Shown: positions 9,146 through 20,112, numbered from the stretch's first letter. The stretch is 64,000 bases of DNA from Terriglobia bacterium (GCA_965198225.1 CBDAOY010000007.1:256001-320000), one strand, 5' to 3'. Made by a program: numbers and translations. The notes: a model not told the origin generated them from the sequence alone.

Positions 9146-10597
9146 ATGATCAAGCGCCCTTCACTGATGCTCGTCGACGCTATGTCGCAGGTATTCCGCG
9201 CCTACTATGCCATCCGGGGTCTGACCAACAGCAAGGGACTACCGACGAACGCAACATACGGGTTCGCGCTGATGCTCAACCGGGTGTTGGAGAAATTCCC
9301 TCCCGACTATGTCGCAATGGTCTTCGACTCGAGTGTGCCCACGCACCGCCACGAGCGGTATCCCGAATACAAAGCCAACCGCGAAAAGATGCCGCCGGAC
9401 CTTGCCGAACAGATCCCCTACATCAAGCAGTTCTGCGAAGCCATGCGGATCCCGATGCTGGAAGTTCCGGGCCAGGAAGCCGACGATGTGATCGGAACGT
9501 TGGCCCGGCGCGCGCCCCTGGAGGGGCTTCACCCCGTGATCGTCACGCTGGACAAAGACATGATGCAGTTGGTCACGGCGGACACGGTTGTGCTGAACAC
9601 ATCGAAGGACGACCGCATCATCGGACCCGATGAAGTCCAAGATCTCTTTGGTGTGACTCCAGACCAGATCATCGATCTGCTGGGGCTCTGGGGCGATTCC
9701 TCCGACAACGTGCCCGGCGCCCCCGGAATCGGCGAAAAGGGAGCGCGGGCGCTCGTCGAACGCTTCGGGTCGATTGAAGCCTGCCTCGAGCACGCCGGAG
9801 AAGTCAAAGCCAGGCGACAGCGTGAATCGCTGATCGAATACCGCGAGCAGATCCTTCTGAGCAAGGAATTGGTCACGATCAACACGGAAGTACCGATCGA
9901 AGTCGACTGGGAAGCGTTGAAACATCGACACCCGGACGACGAGACACTGATTCCGCTGCTCCGGGAGCTGGATTTCACCACGTTATTGAAAGCACAGTTG
10001 GAAGCCGGTGACGGTACGTCGGAGGACGGACTGGAAACCATCAAGACAGATGAGCCACCCGACGTTGGCGACGAATTTTCGGTATGGTTCGACGAAGATC
10101 GGGCATTTCTATGGGCGGGTGAAGGCGCGCTCTACGACATCCTCGTCGAGAAGACCGCGCCGCTGCTCTCCGATTCCGGCAAGCGCAAAATCCTCCATAA
10201 CGCGAAGGCCGCGATTCTTGCACTGCGTGCAAAGGGTCTGACGCTGGCGCCACCCTACGACGATGTGATGCTGATGGCCTATCTGCTCGATCCCAACAGC
10301 GGAAAGTATGAGGTGGCCGACCTGATGCGCGCCTCCTTCGGGAAGAACCTCGACGAGGAACAAACCGACGAGGCGGCCTGGATCCATCGTGTTCACGAAC
10401 TTCTGCGTCCCAGGATCCGGGAGGAACTTGAAGATCTCTATTCCCGCATCGAGTTGCCGCTGGTTCCCGTCCTTGCCGAAATCGAAGAGAACGGAATCAT
10501 GCTGGATGTGGGCGTGCTGGAAACGATGTCACGCGATATGGCCTTGGAACTGAACGGCCTGACTTCGCGCATCCATGAGCTGGCGGGCGAACACTTC
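9146..10597 (+). pseudogene. polA: DNA polymerase I N-terminal part (5'-3' exonuclease, degenerate 3'-5' exonuclease, start of polymerase domain)
   Basis: LMLVDAMSQVFRAYYA, EADDVIGT, DKDMMQL, GDSSDNVPGAPGIGEKGA, IELPLVPVLAEIEENGI, IHELAGEHF; polymerase motifs A/B/C absent. Confidence 0.9.
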
Positions 10598-10897
10598 GAT
10601 ACTGCCGAGCTCTGGAAGATCGGGTTTGGCGGCCCCGGATTTGACGTTTTTCAGGTGACCGCACACGAGATTGGCCATGCCATCGGACTGGGCCACGAGA
10701 TGGTCGCGACAGCACTCATGAACCCCTTCTACACCGAAGCCAATCCTCCCGGGCTACTGGCGGATGATATCGCCGGGGCGCAGTTTATATATGGCCCGGC
10801 TGTCTCGACTCCGGAACCCGACACGATGGTGCTGCTGGCTTTCGCACTTATCGTCGTCGTCGTGTGGCACAGACGGACGTCGTCGGGTCTGGTATAG
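10592..10897 (+). pseudogene. Matrixin (M10) metalloprotease C-terminus with PEP-CTERM tail, fused in frame to polA
   Basis: HFDTAELW, HEIGHAIGLGH zinc motif, ALMNPFY Met-turn, DDIAGAQFIYG, TPEPDTMVLL-TM-RR. Confidence 0.85.
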
Positions 10898-10917
10898 TCG
10901 CGATCCGGAGGGAAATA

Positions 10918-11745
10918 GTGCAGTGGGGCTTTACGGCGGCCTTGGTCGCGGCGGGTATGCAGTGGGCGCAATTCAGCCAGGCCGAACTGATCGCGCGGTC
11001 CGAGTTGATCGTTGTGGCCGAACTGACTGGTGTGACTCCCTCGCCCGATCGGACAGCCGCATCGTTCGGCGTACTGCTGGTTGAAGAGGTCCTGCGGGGC
11101 GCTATACCCTCGAGTTCGAAAGAGCTGCTTTTGATAGTGCCTTCTCCCGGGGGGCTGCGATCGAGTTCGGACATCTTTTATCGTAGAAGCCAGCGGGGAT
11201 TGTGGTTCCTGCGCGCCCGCACGCCCGGTGTTGAAGGTGGGCCTTACCTGGCCGATCATCCACAACGTTTTGTTTCGGCTGACGACAATCGTTTCGAAGA
11301 GCTCCGGAACACCCTGAAGAGCCACCAGGGCCGCTCCAGCCCGCTGCAAGGGTCTTGGAAACTTGAAGAGATTTCCGTCATTGGTGGACCAAATGCCGGT
11401 ACGAACAGCAGCCCCCAAGCCAGTCTCTGGATTTTCACCGAACGTCACTACAGCGAGTCGTATGTGAATAGCGCCGAACCAAGAGCCCTCATCGAAAATC
11501 AACCACCTACCGACGCGGAGAAGATCGCCGCTTACGATTCCTTTATCTTCAACGCGGGCACGTACGACTTGGAGGGTTCAACCGTGATGTTTCATCCGTC
11601 AGTGGCAAGGAATCCAAACTTCATGTCGGGAGGATCAAAGCAGTACGACTTCCGAGTCGAGGGAGACACCCTGTGGCTGATTCAGAAGCCGGGCCAGAAT
11701 CAGCAATTCACGGAGATTCGGAGGAAACTGACCCGTCTGGAATAA
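10918..11745 (+). CDS. Two-domain protein with a C-terminal lipocalin-like beta-barrel
   Basis: RBS GGAGGG before GTG; LQGSWKL...IFTERHYS...NAGTY...EGDTL, similar to 24317-24841. Confidence 0.65.
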   Translation: MQWGFTAALVAAGMQWAQFSQAELIARSELIVVAELTGVTPSPDRTAASFGVLLVEEVLRGAIPSSSKELLLIVPSPGGLRSSSDIFYRRSQRGLWFLRARTPGVEGGPYLADHPQRFVSADDNRFEELRNTLKSHQGRSSPLQGSWKLEEISVIGGPNAGTNSSPQASLWIFTERHYSESYVNSAEPRALIENQPPTDAEKIAAYDSFIFNAGTYDLEGSTVMFHPSVARNPNFMSGGSKQYDFRVEGDTLWLIQKPGQNQQFTEIRRKLTRLE

Positions 11746-11895
11746 GTTCTAAAGTCGAATTTGACCGCTAACCACACTGACGCTTCTGACGATAGATTTC
11801 CCATTTCTTCTGTTCAGGCCAAAGGAAGAAAGAGACAGCGATGTCATTCGGTCTCCGTCCCCGAATACCCGATCCCCGAATTCCCCAACAACTAG

Positions 11896-12162
11896 TGACC
11901 TGTAACAGTGCTATCGGTACCATCGTTCGGCGGAACGGCGTCGGATTCTAGGAGTGACGCCCGAGCCAATGCTGTTTCATTGCGAGGGCGTTACGACACC
12001 GAAGACGGCGCCGTTCCGCCGAACCCTTTGGGCCGATGGGGGTTGCGGGCGATCTCTTTGTCGGAAGCCGTCACCGATGAAAGAGCATCGCTTTCCGTCT
12101 CCCTCTTCGACCTCGCCCACAAGACCCATCGGCGATGGTACCGATAGCATTGTTACAGGCCA
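11896..12162. mobile_element. 267-bp MITE-like element
   Basis: 30-bp terminal IR TG(A/G)CCTGTAACA(G/A)TGCTATCGGTACCATCG; CTAG at 11892-11895 and 12163-12166; no credible ORF. Confidence 0.8.
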
Positions 12163-12218
12163 CTAGCCTTGGCGTCGGTGAGAAATGGGACTGCCCGAAC
12201 CTTCGTTAGAAGTTCGGG

Positions 12219-14420
12219 CTAGAAGCTCAACAGGTGAGTCATCTTGATGGCAAGCGCGCGATCCAGTATGGCGCTGCCGCCGACACCACGGGTTTCAGTG
12301 TAGACGACGAAGAAATCGCTCAGTGGGTGGTGGATGAAACGGAAACGAAAGTTGGACGTGACGGTTCGCGCCTCGCTGTTGTACTGGATGAGGTTCTCCA
12401 GGAACATCCGCGGGGAGAACGCGATGTTTGCCCGCAGCGACACCAGATCGGTCTCGAACAGTCCTTCGGCGAGATCGACGTTGTTTCGCGACCACGTCAA
12501 CTGGGTCAGAAAATGGATGCTGTGCCGATAGTTGAAGCCGACCCGATTCTGGCGCAGCGTGCCGGTCCAGAAATCTCCACGCTTGACGCTGGCGTTGAAG
12601 GCCACACGCCGCCCCCTTGAAGTCTGGAACTCCGCCTCCCAATCGTTGAACGCGTGATCTCCCGCGGGAACGTTGATACCGCCCCGGATTCGAAACGGCT
12701 CTTTCAGACGTTCAAACCGCATGTTGCGGTTGAGGTTGATCCTATCGCCGGCATGAAACTCGATGTTGGCGCCGATGCGATGCTCGCGCGTGAGCAACTC
12801 GTTGGACTGATCGGTGATGTAGCTGGACTCGAACTGCGGAAAGATCTGTCGCACGGGTCCCCGTCCCGGTCGCGGGCGAACGCCGGCAAGAAAATGCCTC
12901 TTTCGGATCGATTGGCGCGGCACGAAACCGAAGTCGTTGTGGAAACCATCCTCGATGGTCAGGTACGAGGTCCGCGCCGTAAAGAAGTTGTCCTGGTATG
13001 AGGTTTGGACCTGGCCGGCCAGGTTGTCTACGTCCTCGCCGTTCGTGTACGTCTTCATCGCAAACCCGGAAAAAGTGAGACGCTGACCGAGGAATCGAAA
13101 ATTGGCATCCGCGCCGCTCGCTCGATTCCAGTAACCCGTGTCGGCCGTCCTCCGGTTGAAGAAAAACGTGCCGACGTCGGAGTTTGCCAGCATCTCCCGC
13201 CTGAGACGAAGGATGCTCCAATTGTCCGCCGGGGTTTCTCCGTCCCGTCCCACCTGGATGTTCATGGCGCCGACGTCGAAACCGCCGAGCTTTCCGGTCA
13301 GGCGGGCGCCGCCTCGGATCGGTAACACTTGACCGCTCTCGGACAGTCCGATGCGTCGGCTGAAGAACGGAATCAGATCCCTGCTCCGGGCGCCACCACG
13401 TGCACCGCGGAATGTGCCCGTTGCCCCCCCGACATCGAAGAGTCCGGCGTTTTCGAGGAAGAACTCCCGCTTCTCGGGAAAGAAAAGGTTGAACCGCGTC
13501 AGGTTCACCTGCTGCTCGTCGACCTCCACCTGGGAAAAATCGGTGTTCACGGTCAGATCGAGGGTGAGATCGGCATTGAGGCCGTACTTCACGTCCAGCC
13601 CGGCATCCGAATCAGTGCGATCGTCGGGACGGTCGGGAAGGTAGTTCGAGACCGCGAAGGGCTTTATGTACAGGTTCGTTCCTTGCTTTACCCCTTCGAT
13701 ACCCTCGATCGTGCCGCCGAGAAAAACGTCCCAGAAACCGAATGGGCGCGGGCCCGGCACCCACAGGTGGCGTTCGTTTGAATAGCGGATGACACGCAAC
13801 ATGTTAAAGCCCCATCGCTGGACCGGCCGCGTGTCGTCAAACCGCAAAGTCCTGAACGGAATCGCGAACTCCGCAACCCAGCCGGACTCCCCGACACTGG
13901 TAGCCACATCGTAAACGCCATTCCAATCCGTGTTCTTGATGCCGGCCGCGATCTGATGATCCCGCTTGGCGCTGCCGGGGTTCGTTTGAAAGACGAAGCC
14001 ATCGCGATCGTTGTTGAAGGTATCGAACAACAGGCCAATGCCGTCTCCATCCGGCCACGAGAAATCACGCTTCATCTCGCTCACTATCGTGGTGCCGTCC
14101 TGGTACAGGATGACGCCGACGTAGACGTTGTCGTCGTCGTACAGGATGCGAAACACGGTCGGTTCCTTTACGGGGTCGCCGCGATTGGGCTCGTCCTGGT
14201 AAAAGTCCCCGCCGACCTCCGCCTCCTCCCAGGCCGCCTCGTCGATGACACCGTCGATCCTGATGACGCCACTCGTTCGGGTCGCCCGGTAGACCTTCTC
14301 AGCACGGACGGCTTCATAGTTCGCGACCGGTTCCGCGGAGGTGTCATCCAAAGCCTGCTGCCCGGCGAGGCTCACCGGACAGAAAACGCAGAGGACGAAC
14401 ACCGGCAAGAATCGATTCAT
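12219..14420 (-). CDS. CBM9-like / DUF5916 outer-membrane protein
   Basis: Signal peptide, IRIDGVIDEAAW, GWVAEFAIPF, LDLTVNTDFSQVEVD, FFPEKREFFLE, FFSRRIG; C-terminal Phe. Confidence 0.85.
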   Translation of the reverse strand: MNRFLPVFVLCVFCPVSLAGQQALDDTSAEPVANYEAVRAEKVYRATRTSGVIRIDGVIDEAAWEEAEVGGDFYQDEPNRGDPVKEPTVFRILYDDDNVYVGVILYQDGTTIVSEMKRDFSWPDGDGIGLLFDTFNNDRDGFVFQTNPGSAKRDHQIAAGIKNTDWNGVYDVATSVGESGWVAEFAIPFRTLRFDDTRPVQRWGFNMLRVIRYSNERHLWVPGPRPFGFWDVFLGGTIEGIEGVKQGTNLYIKPFAVSNYLPDRPDDRTDSDAGLDVKYGLNADLTLDLTVNTDFSQVEVDEQQVNLTRFNLFFPEKREFFLENAGLFDVGGATGTFRGARGGARSRDLIPFFSRRIGLSESGQVLPIRGGARLTGKLGGFDVGAMNIQVGRDGETPADNWSILRLRREMLANSDVGTFFFNRRTADTGYWNRASGADANFRFLGQRLTFSGFAMKTYTNGEDVDNLAGQVQTSYQDNFFTARTSYLTIEDGFHNDFGFVPRQSIRKRHFLAGVRPRPGRGPVRQIFPQFESSYITDQSNELLTREHRIGANIEFHAGDRINLNRNMRFERLKEPFRIRGGINVPAGDHAFNDWEAEFQTSRGRRVAFNASVKRGDFWTGTLRQNRVGFNYRHSIHFLTQLTWSRNNVDLAEGLFETDLVSLRANIAFSPRMFLENLIQYNSEARTVTSNFRFRFIHHPLSDFFVVYTETRGVGGSAILDRALAIKMTHLLSF

Positions 14421-14668
14421 GGCTCTCCCGACCTGATGGAACAAGGCGTAAAAATTTGGATGAATGGTATCACGCGGATGCATTGGAACAGGCACCTGCA
14501 CCTCATTAATGAGGACGCGGAATTTTCTGACTCGGAAAAATCGGGACAGAGGTGCCCGTCCCTGCTAAAATCAGGCAACGACTCGACATAGTAGGAGAAA
14601 GGGCTGAGCACGTCCTGTCGACGTGGATGTTGGTCGAGCCGTTTTTGGTCTTTCAACGGAGGCTAGTT

Positions 14669-17092
14669 TTGGCGAGACGATTCTTTGTGATCCTGGCCGT
14701 AACGGTTGTGTGCCTTGCCGCGGTTGCGGACATGAAACTGGCGCGAGAGCAGCCGACCCAGGCGGCTGCCGCCGGTGAGCAAACCGCCACTCTGTCGCTC
14801 GAGGCGCAACAGGCGGTGATCGACCAGTATTGTGTGTTCTGCCACGACGATGTCGAGATGTCGGGCAACATGACCTTGTCGGCGTTGGATCTCGCCCACG
14901 TGGATGAGAACCCGGAGCTGGCGGAGAAGGTGATACGCAAGCTGCGAGCGGGCATGATGCCTCCCCCGGGCCAGTCGCGGCCGGATCCGGACACGCGCAG
15001 GGCTCTTGCAGCATCGCTGGAATCGGCGATCGACCGGGCTGCTGCCGGCCAGCCGAATCCCGGAAACCGGAGCTTTCAACGACTCACTCGCACCGAGTAT
15101 GTTCGCTCGATCCGCGACCTGCTTGGGGTCGAAGTCGATGTCGCTCCGTTCCTTCCGCCCGACACGGTCAGCGACGGATTTGACAACATCGCCGACAACC
15201 AGTCTTCCTCGCCGACGTTGATGGAGGGATACATCCGGGCGGCCCACCGGATCAGCCGCGAGGCCTTGGGCGATCCGACCGGCGGCGCCACGGCGACCAC
15301 CTACAGGCCTCCGCGGACCGGCTCGCAGATGCGTCACGTCCAGGGTGCGCCGTACGGAACGCGCGGCGGGATGGTCGTCGAGCACAACTTCCCGGCCGAC
15401 GGCGAGTACGTCCTCAGGTTGTTGCTCTACGGCGCGCGTACCGGTGCGCTGTTTGGCAACGTCGTCCGTGGTGAGCAGATCGAGGTTGCGATCAACGGCG
15501 AGCGGGTGGCGCTGCTGGACATCGACCACACGCTGAGCCAATCGTCGCCCGACGGCTTGAACCTTCGGACAGGATCGATCGCGGTAGCGGCCGGCCCGCA
15601 GAAGGTGTCGGCCGCTTTCATCGAGGGATATTCGGGTCTCGTCGACGACCTGGTTTCGCCGATCGAACACACCCTGGCGGATCGCACGACAGGCACGCAG
15701 GTACAGATGACCCATCGGCCCCACCTCCGGGAGCTCGAGATCAAGGGCCCGTATACCGTGACCGGTATGTCGGAAACGCCCAGTCGGGCGAAGGTCTTTA
15801 CGTGTCGGCCTGCGGCTCCCAGCGAGGACGCTGCTTGTGCCGAGGAGATCATCACCCGGCTGGCACGCCAGGCTTTCCGGAGGCCTCCGACACCTGAAGA
15901 CCTGGAAGGGTTGATGACGCTGTATGAAAGCGGACTGGGCGACGGAGGTTTCGAGTCGGGAATTCGCACAGCTCTGCAAGCCATCCTGGCGAGCCCTCGC
16001 TTTCTGTTCCGGTTGGAAAGCGCGCCGGCCGACGCGAGACCGGGCGCCAGTTATCGGCTCGGTGACTTCGAGCTGGCGTCCCGCCTGTCGTATTTTCTGT
16101 GGGCCACCGCCCCGGATGACGAACTGATCAGCGTGGCAAGCCAGGGGCGGCTCCAGGATCCCGCGGTTCTCGAACGCCAGGTGCGACGCATGCTGGCCGA
16201 TCCCCGCGCGGAGTCGCTGTCGACGAAGTTCGGCGCGCAGTGGCTGCGGTTGTCGGACCTGGAGAAGCTCGACCCGGATTTCCTGATCTATCCCCAGTAC
16301 GACGCCCTGCTGGCTCAGGCGATGAAGCGCGAGACGGAGTTGTTCTTCGACAGCATCGTGCGCGAGGACCGCAGCGTCTTCGATCTCCTGACCGCGGACT
16401 ACACGTTCGTCAATGAACGCCTGGCCAGCCACTATGGCTTTCCAGACGTTCTGGGCCACGAGTTTCGTCGGGTCGTGTGGGATGACGAGAATCGGAGAGG
16501 TGTGCTTGGGCACGGCAGCATTCTGACATTGACTTCGATCGCCGATCGAACCTCGGCGGTGCAGCGCGGGAAATGGGTCATGGAAGTCCTCTTCGGGACG
16601 CCGCCTCCTCCTCCTCCTCCGAATGTGCCGGAGTTGGAGCAGACCGCAGGCGTCTTGGACGGCAAGGTACTGACGCTGTCCGAGCGTATGGAAATGCACC
16701 GCGCGAACCCCGCCTGCAACTCCTGTCACCGATTGATCGATCCGATCGGGCTGGCGCTGGAGAATTTCGACGTGACCGGAGCGTCGCGGATCAAAGACGG
16801 GACCCAAATGGTCGACACAAGGACGGAGTTGTTCGACGGGACAAAGGTGGATGGTCCGGCCGGCCTTCGTCAGGCGATCATGAACTATTCCGATGCGTTC
16901 GTCCTTACGTTGACGGAAAACCTTCTGACCTACGGCCTGGGTCGGAGGGTCGAATACCCGGACATGCCGATGGTCCGCACGATCATTCGAGAGGCGGCCG
17001 AAAACGACTACCGGTTCTCTTCACTGATCATGGGAATCGTCAAGAGTCCGGCGTTCCAGATGAATACGTTCGCAGAATCCGCGGAGAACTAG
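14669..17092 (+). CDS. Di-heme cytochrome c / DUF1587-1595-1592-1588-1585 protein, copy 1
   Basis: CVFCH and CNSCH motifs, MMPPPG, RLTRTEY, ELASRLSYFLW, TSAVQRGKWV, ALENFD; start approximate. Confidence 0.88.
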   Translation: MARRFFVILAVTVVCLAAVADMKLAREQPTQAAAAGEQTATLSLEAQQAVIDQYCVFCHDDVEMSGNMTLSALDLAHVDENPELAEKVIRKLRAGMMPPPGQSRPDPDTRRALAASLESAIDRAAAGQPNPGNRSFQRLTRTEYVRSIRDLLGVEVDVAPFLPPDTVSDGFDNIADNQSSSPTLMEGYIRAAHRISREALGDPTGGATATTYRPPRTGSQMRHVQGAPYGTRGGMVVEHNFPADGEYVLRLLLYGARTGALFGNVVRGEQIEVAINGERVALLDIDHTLSQSSPDGLNLRTGSIAVAAGPQKVSAAFIEGYSGLVDDLVSPIEHTLADRTTGTQVQMTHRPHLRELEIKGPYTVTGMSETPSRAKVFTCRPAAPSEDAACAEEIITRLARQAFRRPPTPEDLEGLMTLYESGLGDGGFESGIRTALQAILASPRFLFRLESAPADARPGASYRLGDFELASRLSYFLWATAPDDELISVASQGRLQDPAVLERQVRRMLADPRAESLSTKFGAQWLRLSDLEKLDPDFLIYPQYDALLAQAMKRETELFFDSIVREDRSVFDLLTADYTFVNERLASHYGFPDVLGHEFRRVVWDDENRRGVLGHGSILTLTSIADRTSAVQRGKWVMEVLFGTPPPPPPPNVPELEQTAGVLDGKVLTLSERMEMHRANPACNSCHRLIDPIGLALENFDVTGASRIKDGTQMVDTRTELFDGTKVDGPAGLRQAIMNYSDAFVLTLTENLLTYGLGRRVEYPDMPMVRTIIREAAENDYRFSSLIMGIVKSPAFQMNTFAESAEN

Positions 17093-17161
17093 AGTACTGG
17101 ATTGCTAGACGGCTTTTAAATTATCGAGATGAGTTGAAATAGGTTTCAGGGAGGCAACAGG

Positions 17162-18541
17162 ATGTTCATCACGAAAAAACACATTTCGCGCCGAACAATG
17201 CTTCGTGGGATGGGGGCTGCGGTAGCGCTCCCGTTCATGGAGTCGATGGTGCCCGCTCAGACGCCGGTGCGAAAGACGGCGGCGGTATCTCCCGCGCGCT
17301 TGACTTGCATCGAAATGGTGCACGGCTGTGCCGGCAGCAACGCCTACGGGATCAAGAAGAACATGTGGGCTCCAGCCGCCGTGGGTCGAGATTTCGATCT
17401 GACTCCCAGCGCCCTGTTGCCGCTGGAACCGTTCAGGGATTACCTGACGATCATCAGCAACATCAATGTTCCTGCGGCAGAGGCCCACTTCCCGGAAGAG
17501 GTGGGTGGCGACCACTATCGAACGGCCTGCACGATGTACACCCAGGCCCATCCCAAGCTGACGGTGGCTTCCGACATCTATTGCGGGATATCGCTGGATC
17601 AAGTCTACGCGCAGCGGTTTGGCCAGGACACGCCGATCGGGTCGATCCAGCTCAGCATCGAGAGTGTGGACCAGCAGGGTGGATGCGGCTACGGGTATTC
17701 CTGTGTCTACACCGACTCGATCGCCTGGGCGTCGCCCACCGATCCGCTTCCCATGGTGAGAGATCCGCGCGCGGTGTTCGAGCAGTTGTTCGGCGGAGGC
17801 AGCACGCCGGAACAGCGTGCCGCCCGCCTGCAGACGGATCGAAGTATTCTCGATTGGATTGCCCGCGATTTTGCCCGACTGAAGCAGGATCTGAGCCCGG
17901 TCGATCGCAGCAGGCTCAACGAGTATCTGGATGACATTCGCGATGTGGAGCAACGGATCCACAGGATCGAGGCACACAACTCTTCCGGTGGGGCCAGAGA
18001 GTTGCCGGATGCTCCGGTCGGGGTTCCGGATTCCTACGACGAGCACGTCAAGCTGATGTTCGACCTGCAGGCGTTGGCATTCACCGCGGGCATCACGCGC
18101 GTTTCGTCGTTCAAAATGAGTCGCGACAGCTCGGGCCGCGTCTGGCCGGAAACGGGTGTCCGGACCGGGTTCCATTCGGCGTCCCATCACGGAGCCAGGC
18201 CCGCCAGACTCGAGGACCTCAAGAAGATCAACACCTATCACGTCAGTCTGATCCCGTACTTCCTGGAGAAGTTGAAGAACACACCCGACGGCGACGGCAG
18301 CCTGCTGGACCATACCCTGCTCATCTACGGTTCCGCTATGGGCGATTCGAACCTCCACAACCACGTGCGGACCCCCCTGTTCATGGCAGGCGGTGGCAAT
18401 GGTCAGTTCAAAGGCGAGATGCACGTCAGAGCGGAAGATGGAACGAGCGTCGCCAATTCTTTCCTGACCGTGCTGCACAGGCTTGGTCTTGACGACGTGG
18501 ACAGCTTCGGCGACAGCACCGGAGAACTTACGACAATCTGA
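17162..18541 (+). CDS. DUF1552 (HxxSHH) Tat-exported protein, copy 1
   Basis: SRRTMLRGMGAAVALPFMESM twin-arginine signal; FHSASHH; LLDHTLLIYGS.MGDSNLH. Confidence 0.88.
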   Translation: MFITKKHISRRTMLRGMGAAVALPFMESMVPAQTPVRKTAAVSPARLTCIEMVHGCAGSNAYGIKKNMWAPAAVGRDFDLTPSALLPLEPFRDYLTIISNINVPAAEAHFPEEVGGDHYRTACTMYTQAHPKLTVASDIYCGISLDQVYAQRFGQDTPIGSIQLSIESVDQQGGCGYGYSCVYTDSIAWASPTDPLPMVRDPRAVFEQLFGGGSTPEQRAARLQTDRSILDWIARDFARLKQDLSPVDRSRLNEYLDDIRDVEQRIHRIEAHNSSGGARELPDAPVGVPDSYDEHVKLMFDLQALAFTAGITRVSSFKMSRDSSGRVWPETGVRTGFHSASHHGARPARLEDLKKINTYHVSLIPYFLEKLKNTPDGDGSLLDHTLLIYGSAMGDSNLHNHVRTPLFMAGGGNGQFKGEMHVRAEDGTSVANSFLTVLHRLGLDDVDSFGDSTGELTTI

Positions 18542-18573
18542 AGGTGAGACGCGTAGCGCGGAGGAAACAAAAG

Positions 18574-20112
18574 ATGTTGCGTAAGAGTGTAATCGGTAGC
18601 CTGTCGGTGGGCGTCGTCGGCGTCCTCTGTGTGACCGCGGTCCTTCTGGCGAGCCCTTCCAATGCGCCGGTCGCCGATGCGGCCATGCAGGGCGACACCG
18701 ACGCCGTGCGCTCCCTGCTCGGAGCGGGGGCGGATGTCAATGCAACCCAGGGGGATGGCATGACGGCGCTGCACTGGGCAGCAGTCCGTGGTGACGTCGA
18801 ATTGGCCGAGGTCCTGATTTCCGCCGGGGCGGAAGTGGCTGCCACGAACCGGTTGGGCGCCTATACTCCTCTGTTGCTGGCGAGCAAGAGCGGGAGCGCC
18901 CCGATGATCAACACTCTGTTGGTGGCCGGGGCAGAAGCGAATCCGGCTACGACGACCACCGAGATGACTCCTCTGATGCTGGCTGCCACCGCGGGCAGTG
19001 CCGACGCAGTGACACTTCTGCTCGAGCACGGCGCCGACGTGAACGCGACCGAATCCTCTCACGGACAGACGGCCTTGATGTTTGCGGCAGCCCTCAATCA
19101 CGTAGACGCGGTCGAGGCCCTGATGGAGTACGATGCGGACCCCGCGATCGCGACCGACGTCCGGATGCCTCCGACTCGTCCCCGTGAGGGTGGCGTCATT
19201 AATCGCAACTTTCAGCGCGAACGGGATAGGTCCGATCCTCTCGGTGGTTTGACGGCGTTGATTTACGCGGCGCGCCAGGGCCACACCGAATCGGCCCTTG
19301 CCCTGGTCGAGGCCGGGGCGGACATCGACCAGGTGAGCCCGGCGAACCGTGTCAGCCCACTGGTGATGGCCACGATCAACGGCCGTTTCGATCTGGCGAT
19401 GGCGCTGCTCGAACGCGGTGCGGACCCGAACCAGGCCAGCACATGGGGAATGACGCCCCTGTACGCCGTGATGAACGTGCAGTGGGCGCCCCACGCGTTT
19501 TATCCCACACCCAGTGCCGACCAGGAAAGGGCCACGCACATGGAGTTGGTCCGGACGCTGCTCGATCACGGTGCGGACCCGGACGCCAGGATGACCGCCC
19601 GCAGGCTCTGGTACAACGTTTACGCCTCGGGAGGAGTCGGCAACATCAATGAGTCGGGCGCAACGGCGTTCTGGAGAGCCGCGCAATCGAGTGACGTCGA
19701 GGCGATGCGTCTTCTGATGGCGTTCGGTGCGGACCCGAACATACCGACAACCGAGGGCACGTCTCCGTTGAACGTGGCGGCCGGCGCCGGCTGGCGCGGC
19801 AACTTGAACGTGAACGCGCCGGTCGGCTGGATGCCGGCCGTTCGGTACCTCGTCGAGGAGCTCGGCGCCGACGTGAGTGAGGGCAACGTCCACGGCTACA
19901 CACCGCTACACGCCGCAGCGGAAAGAGGAGACAACCAAATGATCCTCTACTTCGTAGGCAAGGGAGCCGACGTGAAGGCCGTGACCACTCGGGGCGAGAC
20001 CGTGACGGATATGGCGAACGGCCCGCGACAGCGAATTCGACCTTTCCGCCAGACGATAGCTCTTCTGGGCGCGCTGGGCGCGCCGTTCAGTCACAAGTGC
20101 ATATCCTGCTGA
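18574..20112 (+). CDS. Secreted ankyrin-repeat protein, copy 1
   Basis: Signal peptide; repeated G.TALH.AA / TPL..A / GAD.N units; C-terminal CISC. Confidence 0.9.
   Translation: MLRKSVIGSLSVGVVGVLCVTAVLLASPSNAPVADAAMQGDTDAVRSLLGAGADVNATQGDGMTALHWAAVRGDVELAEVLISAGAEVAATNRLGAYTPLLLASKSGSAPMINTLLVAGAEANPATTTTEMTPLMLAATAGSADAVTLLLEHGADVNATESSHGQTALMFAAALNHVDAVEALMEYDADPAIATDVRMPPTRPREGGVINRNFQRERDRSDPLGGLTALIYAARQGHTESALALVEAGADIDQVSPANRVSPLVMATINGRFDLAMALLERGADPNQASTWGMTPLYAVMNVQWAPHAFYPTPSADQERATHMELVRTLLDHGADPDARMTARRLWYNVYASGGVGNINESGATAFWRAAQSSDVEAMRLLMAFGADPNIPTTEGTSPLNVAAGAGWRGNLNVNAPVGWMPAVRYLVEELGADVSEGNVHGYTPLHAAAERGDNQMILYFVGKGADVKAVTTRGETVTDMANGPRQRIRPFRQTIALLGALGAPFSHKCISC

Noticed and set aside
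14663-19893. Long antisense ORFs (714, 457 and 496 aa), and similar ones at 21059, 44639 and 48408
   Set aside because: Shadow frames of well-supported genes in high-GC DNA, with no recognisable motifs
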